A stretch of 64,000 bases of DNA from Oscillospiraceae bacterium (lineage in GTDB: Bacteria > Bacillota > Clostridia > Oscillospirales > Oscillospiraceae): assembly GCA_009780235.1 (NCBI GenBank), contig WRAK01000007.1, forward strand, positions 7,847 through 71,846, in the 5' to 3' direction. Shown piece by piece: positions 28,096 to 36,646 of this stretch. A model generated the notes under the pieces. The model saw nothing but the letters and a program-made list of their open reading frames with translations, was not told the DNA's origin and ran no database searches. Position numbers and translations under genes: made by a program. Position 1 is the stretch's first letter; the number at the start of each line of letters is the position of its first letter.

Positions 28096-29191
28096 TTATT
28101 GTGGCATTAAGGACGAAAATCCGTCCTTATGTTGGTTCAGTTCAGCGGCAAGGATTTGACTTGTGTCCGGGTAGAGGTGGGCGTATGTTTTGTCCACTTC
28201 TTCCGGCGTGTCGCCGATTCGGGCGGCGATGGCATGGGTACGATACCCAAGCTTGATAAGTAGCGCAACGTGTGAATGCCGTAGATCGTGGAGCCGGATT
28301 CTTTCAACGCCGACCTTTTCTGCGATGTGGTTCAACCTAGCCCCCAGCGCACCCTTTTTGAAGTAGACGATACGTTCATCGTCGGCGATTTCGTAAACCC
28401 GGCTCATATATTCCATGAATTCATCATACAAGAAATCCGGCATTGTCACTACTCGGTCGCTGTTTGGGCTTTTGGTGTCATCGAAGAAATCCTCGCCGTC
28501 TTCGGTTTTAAAGGTTTCGCTGACTTTAAGGGATTTAGTGTCGTGCAGTATTTTAGAGGGAGACAGGGCCAAGCATTCTCCCTCCCTCAACCCGGCCCAG
28601 TAAAGTGCCATAAATGCTAGGTGGTAGATTGGCTTGTCCTCCGCTGCGATGGCCGTATTAAATTGGTCGAGTGTCCAAAACTTCATCTCGTCCGCACGTT
28701 TTTTTCCGATGCTTTTTATCTTGTGGCATGGATTGTGAGGCAGGTTGTAAAACTCCACCGCAAAGTTGAAAACCGTTGACAGCGTAGTATTTATTGTCCG
28801 CAGGTATGTGGGAGCGTAAGCCTCGCCGTTCTGCGGATTTTTTTTTGGCCAACATCGTGTTTTGCCATGCCCGAATGTCCGCATGGTCTATCTCAGAAAC
28901 GATGCGGTTCTTGAAGTATGGCAAGACATGGGTTTCGAGCATATGCTCTCTGGTCTTTAGGGTCGAGTTGCGGACACGGTTTTTCCTGTCCTCCAAGTAG
29001 AGGCGCACCATTTCTCCGAACCGTATGTCCGGGAGTTTGCTGTTTTTAGTTAAAAACTCTCGCTCGTAGTCCTTCGCCTTACGTTGGGTTATAAATCCAC
29101 GCTTTTTGTGTTTCCGCTTGATACCCTGCCAGTCGGTGGCGTAGAACATGGCGTACCATGTGTTGCGTTTTTCGTCTTTGTATACTGGCAT
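28096..29191 (-). pseudogene. int: tyrosine integrase, reading frame broken in an A9 run
   Basis: N-terminal ORF 28658-29191 and C-terminal ORF 28096-28884 overlap in different frames. The junction is at T9 (28838-28846). Catalytic RLHDLRHSH...Y is present. Could also be a homopolymer sequencing error. Confidence 0.8.
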
Positions 29192-29210
29192 GAAAATTAC
29201 CGCCTTACGA

Positions 29211-29240
29211 ACAGCCTCGCCCCGTTGTGGGCGAGGCTGT
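29211..29240. terminator. perfect 12-bp hairpin between lipoprotein gene and integrase
   Basis: ACAGCCTCGCCC-CGTTGT-GGGCGAGGCTGT. A T-tract follows only on the + strand. Confidence 0.4.
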
Positions 29241-29291
29241 TTATTTGGTTTCGTCTGGCATAGGTATGGTTCTCCCGTAGATTGACAGGCG

Positions 29292-29927
29292 TTAATCTAA
29301 GAAATGTATGGAGGTTGCGAAGTACAGTAGTGGGACATATAAATCTTCGTCATGCCCTAGTAGAAAAACGCAATTAACAATTGCAAATTGCTCCCCGTCA
29401 AAAACTAAAAATCCTATCCCGCTATGCGGCAACTCGTCAAGCATTACGGTATACTGTGCCATAAATCGCAAATTTCCTAGATTTCTTGGGCCGAGGTAGT
29501 CAAGTGTGAGGTTCGTTGCACCAAAATGCTCGTGTAGCATCGCTTGGAATATTATGCCAACATTCACAATAATATCGTCTTCGCCCCAGTCGGGGCTAAT
29601 ATTTGTTGGGGTGCCAAGATTTATCGCAACATGGCCGCCGAATGCAGTAATAAAAACAGCACCATCGCCTTGTTCCAGCACATCCCAATCATCGCCTATT
29701 GCAAAGCTCATATCTTGGAATGTATAGGAGGAGGCCAAAATGGAGGATGCGCTTGCTACATGGTCTACATTTTCTTCAGTATGTTCTTGCTCTGGTTCCG
29801 GTTCATGTGCTGTTGTGCTATATTCGTCTGGCTCTGGTGTCGGCTCGGCGGATGACTCATACTCGCCGCATGCTGTAAAGGACAGAACTATAAACACCAC
29901 CAACAATAGAGCTAATAGCTTTTTCAT
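29292..29927 (-). CDS. prophage lipoprotein (possible superinfection-exclusion factor)
   Basis: MKKLLALLLVVFIVLSFTAC signal/lipobox followed by an acidic linker. Lies between int and the repressor. Confidence 0.6.
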   Translation of the reverse strand: MKKLLALLLVVFIVLSFTACGEYESSAEPTPEPDEYSTTAHEPEPEQEHTEENVDHVASASSILASSYTFQDMSFAIGDDWDVLEQGDGAVFITAFGGHVAINLGTPTNISPDWGEDDIIVNVGIIFQAMLHEHFGATNLTLDYLGPRNLGNLRFMAQYTVMLDELPHSGIGFLVFDGEQFAIVNCVFLLGHDEDLYVPLLYFATSIHFLD

Positions 29928-29962
29928 ATAACACTCTCCTAATCTTTAATAGTGAAGCCGTT

Positions 29963-30400
29963 TCATTCGGCCATCATCTCGAAATTAAACCCGACCCCGG
30001 CATAATAACTAACCGCCATGCGAACAAACTCTTTGGTAAGCCCCAAGTGTTCAGCCAGCTCATAATCGTTTCTAGGTCTGCACGCTCTAATCGCCCGCCT
30101 TAATTCGCTGATGGGGAGGCGGTTTCTAATCGCCCATCTGTTTGCCCTGCCCTCAAGCCGCCACCGATGGTCGTGCGCCGTGTGGCGGCAGTAGAAGCTA
30201 CTCGTCTCGCAGTGACCCATCTCGTGCAATAAATGCACCTCTTCCTCGGCAGAGTTTGCAATTTGTGTTCGGTCGAGCGCAATGTAACAGTCGCCAGCAC
30301 CGTCCATGTGAGAAATAGAAACGGAGAATGGGAGCGAGAAATCGTCCAATATTATGCCGCTGTCGCATATTTTTTGATGGAGAGTTTCAAGCCTAGTCAT
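29963..30400 (-). CDS. ImmA/IrrE family metallopeptidase
   Basis: HEMGH (HExxH) motif. ATG at 30400 overlaps the stop of the upstream repressor gene (ATGACTAG). Confidence 0.75.
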   Translation of the reverse strand: MTRLETLHQKICDSGIILDDFSLPFSVSISHMDGAGDCYIALDRTQIANSAEEEVHLLHEMGHCETSSFYCRHTAHDHRWRLEGRANRWAIRNRLPISELRRAIRACRPRNDYELAEHLGLTKEFVRMAVSYYAGVGFNFEMMAE

Positions 30401-30959
30401 CTGCGTTCTTCGCTTTCTTTTTTCTCTCTGCGACGAAACTAGCATATGCCCGCACTTCGTCCATGACATCGTCATCTATTTCGGTGTCACCGAATAGGGC
30501 GAATTTGATGTAATCATCGGGAGTACCAGTAAACGTTTGGCCTTTTTGTGCTACGCTGAATGTGCGAGAGCCGTTGCTTGAGTGTAAGTCCTCTATAAAA
30601 AAGAATTCGTTTTCAACTAAATGCTCCCGAAGTTTTTGGATGTCTTCATCCGTGTTATTGGCGGTAAGAGTGAATTGAAGCTTATATATCCTGTCATCAT
30701 CATCTTCTAAATTATCTATATCGTCTAGTGAAATTACAGGTAGTGTGCCTTTTCTTCCAACCGTGAATCCGAGAATATAATCGCTAGACACATCAAAAAT
30801 TTCCGTTAATTGCCCTATTGTTTCTGCGGTTAGCGGAATCTTTCCATTTTCATATTTTGAAATGGCAGCCCTCTTTACGTTCAATCGTTCAGCAAGCTCG
30901 TCTTGCGTCCAGCCGCGAGATATTCTAAGCTCTTTAATTCGATTTATAATTTCTCTCAT
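30393..30959 (-). CDS. CI-like XRE-family repressor
   Basis: HTH ISRGWTQDELAERLNVKRAAISKYENG. ATG at 30959 after AGAGGTG. Paired with ImmA. Confidence 0.8.
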   Translation of the reverse strand: MREIINRIKELRISRGWTQDELAERLNVKRAAISKYENGKIPLTAETIGQLTEIFDVSSDYILGFTVGRKGTLPVISLDDIDNLEDDDDRIYKLQFTLTANNTDEDIQKLREHLVENEFFFIEDLHSSNGSRTFSVAQKGQTFTGTPDDYIKFALFGDTEIDDDVMDEVRAYASFVAERKKKAKNADD

Positions 30960-30986
30960 GGAAAATTCACCTCTTTTCTTTGAATT

Positions 30987-31103
30987 ATCATACAATATCC
31001 TATTAGGAAACTCAACGATTGTTCCCAATTAGAAACTTTTTTCTAAAAACCTATTGACAAGTTCCTCGTGGGATATTATAATAAAAATATCCCGACAGGA
31101 ACG
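30987..31103. promoter_or_regulatory. divergent lysogeny/lytic promoters with three related operator sites
   Basis: Rightward promoter: TTGACA (31054-31059), 17 nt, TATAAT (31077-31082). Leftward promoter: TTGAGT (31010-31015, complement), 17 nt, TATGAT (30987-30992, complement). Operators AATATCC-N4-AGGAAC at 30994-31011, 31061-31077 (inverted) and 31087-31103. Confidence 0.6.
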
Positions 31104-31127
31104 AACGGGGTAAAAGGAGGTGATTAA

Positions 31128-31319
31128 GTGTTTTATAAACTAAGAGAGATAAGGAGAGAGCGGAACATTTCTGTAGAGAAGATGCGTGAGGTTCTCGGGC
31201 TTGAAACACTAGCTGCGTACTACAAAAAAGAGGCTGGGTCGGTAAAATTCACATTAGCAGACGTAGAAAAAATATCTAAGTTCCTTGGCTTGTCGGTTGA
31301 AGAAATTTTTTTTGATTAA
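31128..31319 (+). CDS. Cro-like XRE-family HTH protein
   Basis: 63 aa, GTG start after AAGGAGGTG, divergent from the repressor. Confidence 0.65.
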   Translation: MFYKLREIRRERNISVEKMREVLGLETLAAYYKKEAGSVKFTLADVEKISKFLGLSVEEIFFD

Positions 31320-31390
31320 AAAGTTCCCGCATGGAACGAATGTGGAGCAGTACCTAAGACCAATTATACCAAAGAAAGGGGTGTGGAACC

Positions 31391-31849
31391 ATGAGCAAGC
31401 CAAGCAAGTTATATTACAAAACTTGTCGAGAAAAGGCAGGTTTGACACAAGAGGAAGCCGTTGAATTGCTAGGGATAGCAGATGCGACGACTCTTTCAAA
31501 GTACGAAAACGGTCATATCCCGGTTGGCCAAGATTTAGTAAAGAGGATGGTGGGTGCATACAACACACCGTCGCTTGCATGGTGGTTTGTCGTGTATTCA
31601 AACCCTGACTTAGCTACGTATCTACCTGACCCGCCCGTTATTAAAACGGATGGAGATATGATGTTGCGTCTCGAGCTTGCCAGTGACGATTTGGCGGTGA
31701 TGCGGTGTGTGCTGAAAACAATCCTTCGAGATGGCGTAGTGAATTGTGAGAAAGTGGAGCGATTGAGGATTAAAGCGGGTACATTCAGGGCGACGGCAAG
31801 CAAACTTATGGAGATTGCAGGCTACTTGGATGAAAGGGGGCCATCGTAG
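31391..31849 (+). CDS. XRE-family HTH protein with C-terminal extension
   Basis: HTH CREKAGLTQEEAVELLGIADATTLSKYENG. Confidence 0.6.
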   Translation: MSKPSKLYYKTCREKAGLTQEEAVELLGIADATTLSKYENGHIPVGQDLVKRMVGAYNTPSLAWWFVVYSNPDLATYLPDPPVIKTDGDMMLRLELASDDLAVMRCVLKTILRDGVVNCEKVERLRIKAGTFRATASKLMEIAGYLDERGPS

Positions 31850-32371
31850 GTGGGGCGAGTGCTTGATATGACGGGGCAGCGGTTCGGGAAGCTCATTGTT
31901 TTAGAAATGGCAGAACGACCTCAGGGGATAAAGAGCAGGAGTGCCTATTGGAAATGCGTGTGTGATTGCGGAAATACGCATATCGCCAGCAGGGACAGTT
32001 TAAAGCAAGGGCACGTCCGCAGTTGTGGTTGCTTAATTCCTGACAGGAACAGAAAAAACGCTACAATTCACGGCAAAGCACATACAAGGCTTCACGTGAT
32101 TTGGTGTTGCATGAAGAAAAGATGCTACAACACTAGGTCTGGTACTTATAAAAACCACGGCGGGCGAGGAATAGCCGTGTGCGACGAGTGGCGGAATGAT
32201 TTTGTAGCGTTTCACGATTGGGCGGTTGCAAATGGATATGTCGAGAATTTGACCATTGACCGCATCGACAACGACGAAAACTATGAACCTTCAAATTGCC
32301 GATGGGCCACTTACAAAGAGCAGGCCAGTAATCGAAGAAAACCTAAGTCGAGGAAGGGGGCCGTAACGTGA
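31850..32371 (+). CDS. Zn-ribbon/HNH-like (homing-endonuclease-like) protein, paralog 1
   Basis: GQRFGKL.VL...W.C.CDCGN...SCGC N-module, then Y.NHGGRGI.VC..W and LTIDRIDNDENYEPSNCRWAT. The start could be the ATG at 31868. Confidence 0.65.
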   Translation: MGRVLDMTGQRFGKLIVLEMAERPQGIKSRSAYWKCVCDCGNTHIASRDSLKQGHVRSCGCLIPDRNRKNATIHGKAHTRLHVIWCCMKKRCYNTRSGTYKNHGGRGIAVCDEWRNDFVAFHDWAVANGYVENLTIDRIDNDENYEPSNCRWATYKEQASNRRKPKSRKGAVT

Positions 32372-32601
32372 TTGTGACGAACGAGATGTTGGTGAGAAAG
32401 ATTAGGTCACTCATTCGGGATAGTGGCATCAAAAAACAAGCCCTCGCAGAGAAAATCGGCGTTTCACGTAGCACTCTCAGCCACAAAATCCATGGGAGAA
32501 GCCCAATCTCAGCCGTTGAGCTTTTCGCTATCTGTTCAGTTTTTGGCGTAAGCATAGATGTATTTTTTGAAGCAGCGGAAGGAGAGATTGGCGATGCCTA
32601 G
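32368..32601 (+). CDS. XRE-family HTH protein
   Basis: GIKKQALAEKIGVSRSTLSHKIHG. GTGA overlap with the upstream gene. Confidence 0.55.
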   Translation: MIVTNEMLVRKIRSLIRDSGIKKQALAEKIGVSRSTLSHKIHGRSPISAVELFAICSVFGVSIDVFFEAAEGEIGDA

Positions 32602-32815
32602 AAAAGCACCGAAATCAAACTATTACCGTGTGGATGATGTTATGGCGATTATGGAGGTCAGTAAGACCAAAGCCTACGACGTTATCTTGGAGCTCAACAG
32701 GGAGTTGAGAGAGCGGGGTATATACACCATCCCGGGCCGGGTGACAAAGTCATATTTCCATCTTCGCACGGATGTGAACATTGCGGAGGTTGGAGCGAAA
32801 GGAGGGGCGGCGTAG
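32594..32815 (+). CDS. small DNA-binding protein (excisionase/MerR-like HTH)
   Basis: ATG at 32594 after GGAAGGAG. YYRVDDVMAIMEVSKTKAYDVI...GRVTKSYF pattern. Confidence 0.45.
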   Translation: MPRKAPKSNYYRVDDVMAIMEVSKTKAYDVILELNRELRERGIYTIPGRVTKSYFHLRTDVNIAEVGAKGGAA

Positions 32816-33238
32816 GTGAGACAGATTATTGACATATCGGGGCAACGGTTTGGGAGCCTCACCGCCATGAGGAAGGTGGCACGACCCCGAAACGCAAAGA
32901 CTAAGCGCAGTTATTGGGAGTGCGTGTGCGATTGTGGCAATACATACATTGCCTACGTGAGCGACCTAAGACGAGGAGAGACTCATCATTGTGGTTGTGC
33001 AAGAGGGAACGCTGCAGCGCAAACTTTTAAAGAAATGACGGCGGCCGAACGCCAAGTATATATAAGCGCAATTGGTGACGAAGTTACTCGCCGTATCTTC
33101 ACCCTACGATACATAGACGGCCTGAACTGGCACCAAGTGGCTTGGCGGACGGGCGGCAACACGGCGGATAGTGTGCGGATGATTCATAACAGGTACCTAC
33201 GACGAAATCCATCAACCGCCGTAGCGGAAGGGAGGTGA
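32816..33238 (+). CDS. chimeric protein: Zn-ribbon N-module of the paralog family fused to a sigma-70 region-4-like HTH
   Basis: GQRFGSLTA...YWECVCDCGN...HCGC, then RRIFTLRYIDGLNWHQVAWRTGGNTADSVRMIHNRYLRR. Confidence 0.55.
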   Translation: MRQIIDISGQRFGSLTAMRKVARPRNAKTKRSYWECVCDCGNTYIAYVSDLRRGETHHCGCARGNAAAQTFKEMTAAERQVYISAIGDEVTRRIFTLRYIDGLNWHQVAWRTGGNTADSVRMIHNRYLRRNPSTAVAEGR

Positions 33239-33242
33239 AGAT

Positions 33243-33410
33243 GTGAGTTTAGAAAGAATTTGCCTCGGTTGCGAGAGGACGGTGCCGCCCGATGCGGCCC
33301 GATGCGGATGTGGGTATGGGTACCCTCACCATGAGCGCACGAGACGGGCAATGAAAAACCGCCCCCGGGGGCGCAATCCCCGAGAGCGGCAGGCCAGCCA
33401 ACAGGGCTGA
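33243..33410 (+). CDS. 55-aa zinc-ribbon peptide (below ORF-track cutoff)
   Basis: GTG at 33243 follows GGGAGGTGA by 4 nt. CLGC...CGC cysteines and a basic tail. Hand translation reaches TGA at 33408-33410. Confidence 0.4.
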   Translation: MSLERICLGCERTVPPDAARCGCGYGYPHHERTRRAMKNRPRGRNPRERQASQQG

Positions 33411-33458
33411 CAACAAAATACATCCTTATTATACCACGGATGAGAGCTAGGAGCAAGT

Positions 33459-33989
33459 ATGAGCAAGCAGAAATTTTTAGACATGGCCGGGAAGCGATTT
33501 GGGAGGTTGACCGTATTATCGCATCAAGGTAGTGACAAGAACTGGAATGCCATTTGGTTATGTTTGTGCGATTGCGGCGAGGAAATTGTAATGCTTGGTA
33601 GCAACCTAAGAAGTGGAAACACTCGCTCCTGCGGTTGTCTCCATCGTGAAGTTATGACTAAGCATGGAGGAAAGGGTACCCGGATCTTCCGCATATGGCA
33701 TGGAATGAAACAGAGATGTGAGAACCCAAGGAACGCCGCCTATAGATACTACGGAGGAAAAGGGGTAGTCATTAGCAAGGAATGGATAGGCGACTTTCCG
33801 GCATTTAGAGACTGGGCGTTTTCTAACGGGTATGCGGATGATTTAACAATTGACCGGCTCGACAGTAACAAAGGCTACTGCCCTGAGAACTGCGAATGGG
33901 TGACCCAATCTGAAAACAACAGGAGAATGAACGAACAGAGAGGCAGGATAAAGAGAAAGGAAAAAGTCAACTATGTCTATGCCTTGTAG
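33459..33989 (+). CDS. Zn-ribbon/HNH-like protein, paralog 3
   Basis: GKRFGRLTVL...WLCLCDCGE...SCGC, YYGGKGVVISKEW, LTIDRLDSNKGYCPENCEWVT. Confidence 0.65.
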   Translation: MSKQKFLDMAGKRFGRLTVLSHQGSDKNWNAIWLCLCDCGEEIVMLGSNLRSGNTRSCGCLHREVMTKHGGKGTRIFRIWHGMKQRCENPRNAAYRYYGGKGVVISKEWIGDFPAFRDWAFSNGYADDLTIDRLDSNKGYCPENCEWVTQSENNRRMNEQRGRIKRKEKVNYVYAL

Positions 33990-34158
33990 AAAGCTGTCAC
34001 GGGAATGCAATGGTTGCATGGCATGTCACCCGGAGCCCGAAACCCCCGTTTGCCCTATATGCGATTGTGAAGCGGGGGGTTTTTACCTCAATGCAGAAAA
34101 AGAAGTAATCGGTTGCGACGAGTGCGTCTCTCGAACGGACGCTTGGGAGGTGACGTGA
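33973..34158 (+). CDS. small Cys-rich protein
   Basis: 61 aa with CNGCMAC, CPICDC and CDEC motifs. Confidence 0.4.
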   Translation: MSMPCRKLSRECNGCMACHPEPETPVCPICDCEAGGFYLNAEKEVIGCDECVSRTDAWEVT

Positions 34159-34159
34159 T

Positions 34160-34474
34160 ATGACGGCAACGAAGATACCTACTGTCGGCGCAGAATTTGC
34201 CGTTGTTGCAAATAACGGGGCGACATATATATACCCACAGTCTTGGGAGGTCGTAGCGGTGCATTATGACGACGGGGCCGGTGAGGAGACAATCCGAATC
34301 CGGGCCACCGGGCGGACAGCGATAGCCCTAACAGAGCACCTTGAGCATCGAAAGGCGACATCCTCGGCGTGTGAGATGTGGGCGGCGTTTACGCCGGAGG
34401 AGTTTTGCGAACATGATGTAGGCCCTGATTGGTTCGATGGGCTAGAGATTCAAATGATAGATGGTGCGGCGTAA
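34160..34474 (+). CDS. hypothetical protein
   Basis: 104-aa ORF in phase with the operon packing. Confidence 0.45.
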   Translation: MTATKIPTVGAEFAVVANNGATYIYPQSWEVVAVHYDDGAGEETIRIRATGRTAIALTEHLEHRKATSSACEMWAAFTPEEFCEHDVGPDWFDGLEIQMIDGAA

Positions 34475-34510
34475 CGTGCCTGACAGACAAATTGATACAG
34501 GAGTAAAACT

Positions 34511-35476
34511 ATGAAATTTAAACCATGCCCGGACGGTTGCGGGGCGAATCTCGATCATAACGAGACTTGTGATTGTCAAAAGGCAAGAGTGCTTGATGTA
34601 AGCGAAGACGTATCAGCCGCCGAAAGCCCGGTGACGGATATCATCGTCATAAAGCAACTCCCGGAGATTGAGGAGCGGCTAAAGGAAATCAGCGAGGCGG
34701 CCCAAGTCAAGATTGCAGAGGCTCTTGCGCTGGAATGCAACAACGAGAGTATCCAAGCCGTGAAGAAGCTTCGCACGGCGTTGCGCAACGACTTTGATGC
34801 TTTGGAAGAACAGCGCAAAGAGGTTAATCGTCAGATTAAAAAGCAGCTGGAACCATTTACGGACGCATACAAGAAGTTCGTTACGGATATCTACACTCCG
34901 GCAGATGCGACATTGAAAGCCAGAATTGACACGTTGGAGGACGAAAAAAAGGCGCGGATGCGGGAGGAGGTCAAGGCGTACTTTGACGAACTTGTCAAGC
35001 ACCACGGCATTGATTTTGCCAGCTTTGATGTTGTCGGCATCAATGTAACGCTCTCGTCTACTGCGACGGGGCTGAAAAAGCAAGCAAAGGCATTTATCGA
35101 TAAGGTGTGCGACGATCTTGCCCTGATTGCCACGCAGGAGCACAAAGCCGAGATTCTTGTGGCCTACAGGGAGAGCCTGAACGTCTCGCTGGCCATTACC
35201 AGCGTGAGACAGCGGATGGAGGCTGTGGAGGCGGAGAAACGACGGGAAGAGGAAGCCGGCCAACGGCGACAGGCGGCGAAAGAGGCGGCGCAGAGGGTTG
35301 ACGAGGTGTTGCCCCCGCCGGTGGCGGATGTGTTAGAGCCGCCCACACAGTCCACGGTGCCGCCGGTAGCGGCCGAGAAGATACTTACGCTTTCATTTAC
35401 TGTCAGAGGTAGCATAGACGATTTGCGAGCCTTGAAGCGGCACATTGAGGCCGGACCGCTGGAAATTATTAAATAA
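34511..35476 (+). CDS. DUF1351-like phage protein (recombination-module associated)
   Basis: Long coiled-coil protein immediately upstream of recT. The pattern IKQLPEIEERLKEI...RKEVNR is typical of DUF1351 (from memory). Confidence 0.55.
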   Translation: MKFKPCPDGCGANLDHNETCDCQKARVLDVSEDVSAAESPVTDIIVIKQLPEIEERLKEISEAAQVKIAEALALECNNESIQAVKKLRTALRNDFDALEEQRKEVNRQIKKQLEPFTDAYKKFVTDIYTPADATLKARIDTLEDEKKARMREEVKAYFDELVKHHGIDFASFDVVGINVTLSSTATGLKKQAKAFIDKVCDDLALIATQEHKAEILVAYRESLNVSLAITSVRQRMEAVEAEKRREEEAGQRRQAAKEAAQRVDEVLPPPVADVLEPPTQSTVPPVAAEKILTLSFTVRGSIDDLRALKRHIEAGPLEIIK

Positions 35477-35484
35477 CGGAGGGT

Positions 35485-35787
35485 ATGACTATGAGTAAGA
35501 TTATCGGTGTCAGATTTTGCGACCAAGAAACCGGGGAACCCCGCGGCCGTGTATACAACTACTACGATGGGGTAGGCAATCTCGCCGTGGGTGATTTGGT
35601 TGTCGCCACGGTGCGAGACGAAGAAAAGACGGTGCAGGTAACGGCGGTCGATGTGCCGGAGAGCAAAATAGGAGATAGGATTCTTGCGCTACTGAAAACA
35701 ATCTCAAAAAGATATGTGCCGCAAGAATCACCGCCGGAGACCTCGGACGAAGAAATTATAACTATGGAGGATTTAGACAATGCCTAA
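35485..35787 (+). CDS. hypothetical protein
   Basis: 100-aa ORF that overlaps the recT start by 8 nt. Confidence 0.45.
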   Translation: MTMSKIIGVRFCDQETGEPRGRVYNYYDGVGNLAVGDLVVATVRDEEKTVQVTAVDVPESKIGDRILALLKTISKRYVPQESPPETSDEEIITMEDLDNA

Positions 35788-36646
35788 TAACACACCCGCG
35801 GCGAAAAAGCCGCAGTTCAGCGTTGCGTTGCAGACCGACGGCTACCAGAGGCTAATCCGCAACACCTTGTCAGACCCAAAGGTGGTACAACGCTTTACTG
35901 CGAGTATCAGTTCGGTGGTTGCAGTAAATCCCGAACTACAAGAATGTGATGTCGGGTCAATTCTCACCTGCGGGCTACTTGGCGAGGCATTGGGGCTTTC
36001 TCCAAGCCCACAACTCGGACATTTTTACTTTGTGCCGTTCAACGATAATAGGCGAGGCAGGAAGGTTGCAACCTTTATTTTGGGCTACAAAGGCTATATC
36101 CAGCTTGCAATCCGAAGCGGCCAGTACAAACGAATCAACGTTCTGGCCATCAAAAAGGGTGAGCTCATAAACTATGACCCGCTGGCAGAGGAGATAGAGG
36201 TAAAACTTATTCAAGATGAACTGGCACGGGAGACGGCTGAAACTACAGGCTATTATGCCATGTTCGAGTACGTCAACGGCTTCCGTAAGGCTCTGTATTG
36301 GAGCAAGGATAAAATGGAGCAACACGCCCTGCGGTACTCCAAAGGGTACAAGGCTAAAAAGGGATATACGTTCTGGGAGAAAGATTTTGATGGGATGGCC
36401 TATAAAACCATGCTCCGTCAGCTCATTAGCAAGTGGGGGATTATGTCCATTGAGATGGTGCAGGCTTTTGAGGCGGACAATGCGGCCGTCAATCAAGACC
36501 TGTCTGCGGACATCGTGACCGCTGGAGATATTGACGATACGGCGGTTGGTGTTGCGGCGGTGATTGATGGCGATGCTGATGTTGTAGACAACTCTGTGGC
36601 AAACGATGAGGACCAGTCGGACAATGTCACGATGGACGACCTGTAA
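35780..36646 (+). CDS. recT: RecT family single-strand annealing protein
   Basis: SILTCGLLGEALGLSPSPQLGHFYFVPF...GYKGYIQLAIRSGQY. Confidence 0.85.
   Translation: MPNNTPAAKKPQFSVALQTDGYQRLIRNTLSDPKVVQRFTASISSVVAVNPELQECDVGSILTCGLLGEALGLSPSPQLGHFYFVPFNDNRRGRKVATFILGYKGYIQLAIRSGQYKRINVLAIKKGELINYDPLAEEIEVKLIQDELARETAETTGYYAMFEYVNGFRKALYWSKDKMEQHALRYSKGYKAKKGYTFWEKDFDGMAYKTMLRQLISKWGIMSIEMVQAFEADNAAVNQDLSADIVTAGDIDDTAVGVAAVIDGDADVVDNSVANDEDQSDNVTMDDL

Noticed and set aside
33184-33456. 90-aa minus-strand ORF in the gap between paralog 2 and paralog 3.
   Set aside because: It runs opposite to the whole early operon and has no RBS. Its product is Arg/Gly/Pro-rich. A short plus-strand ORF with an RBS fits better.
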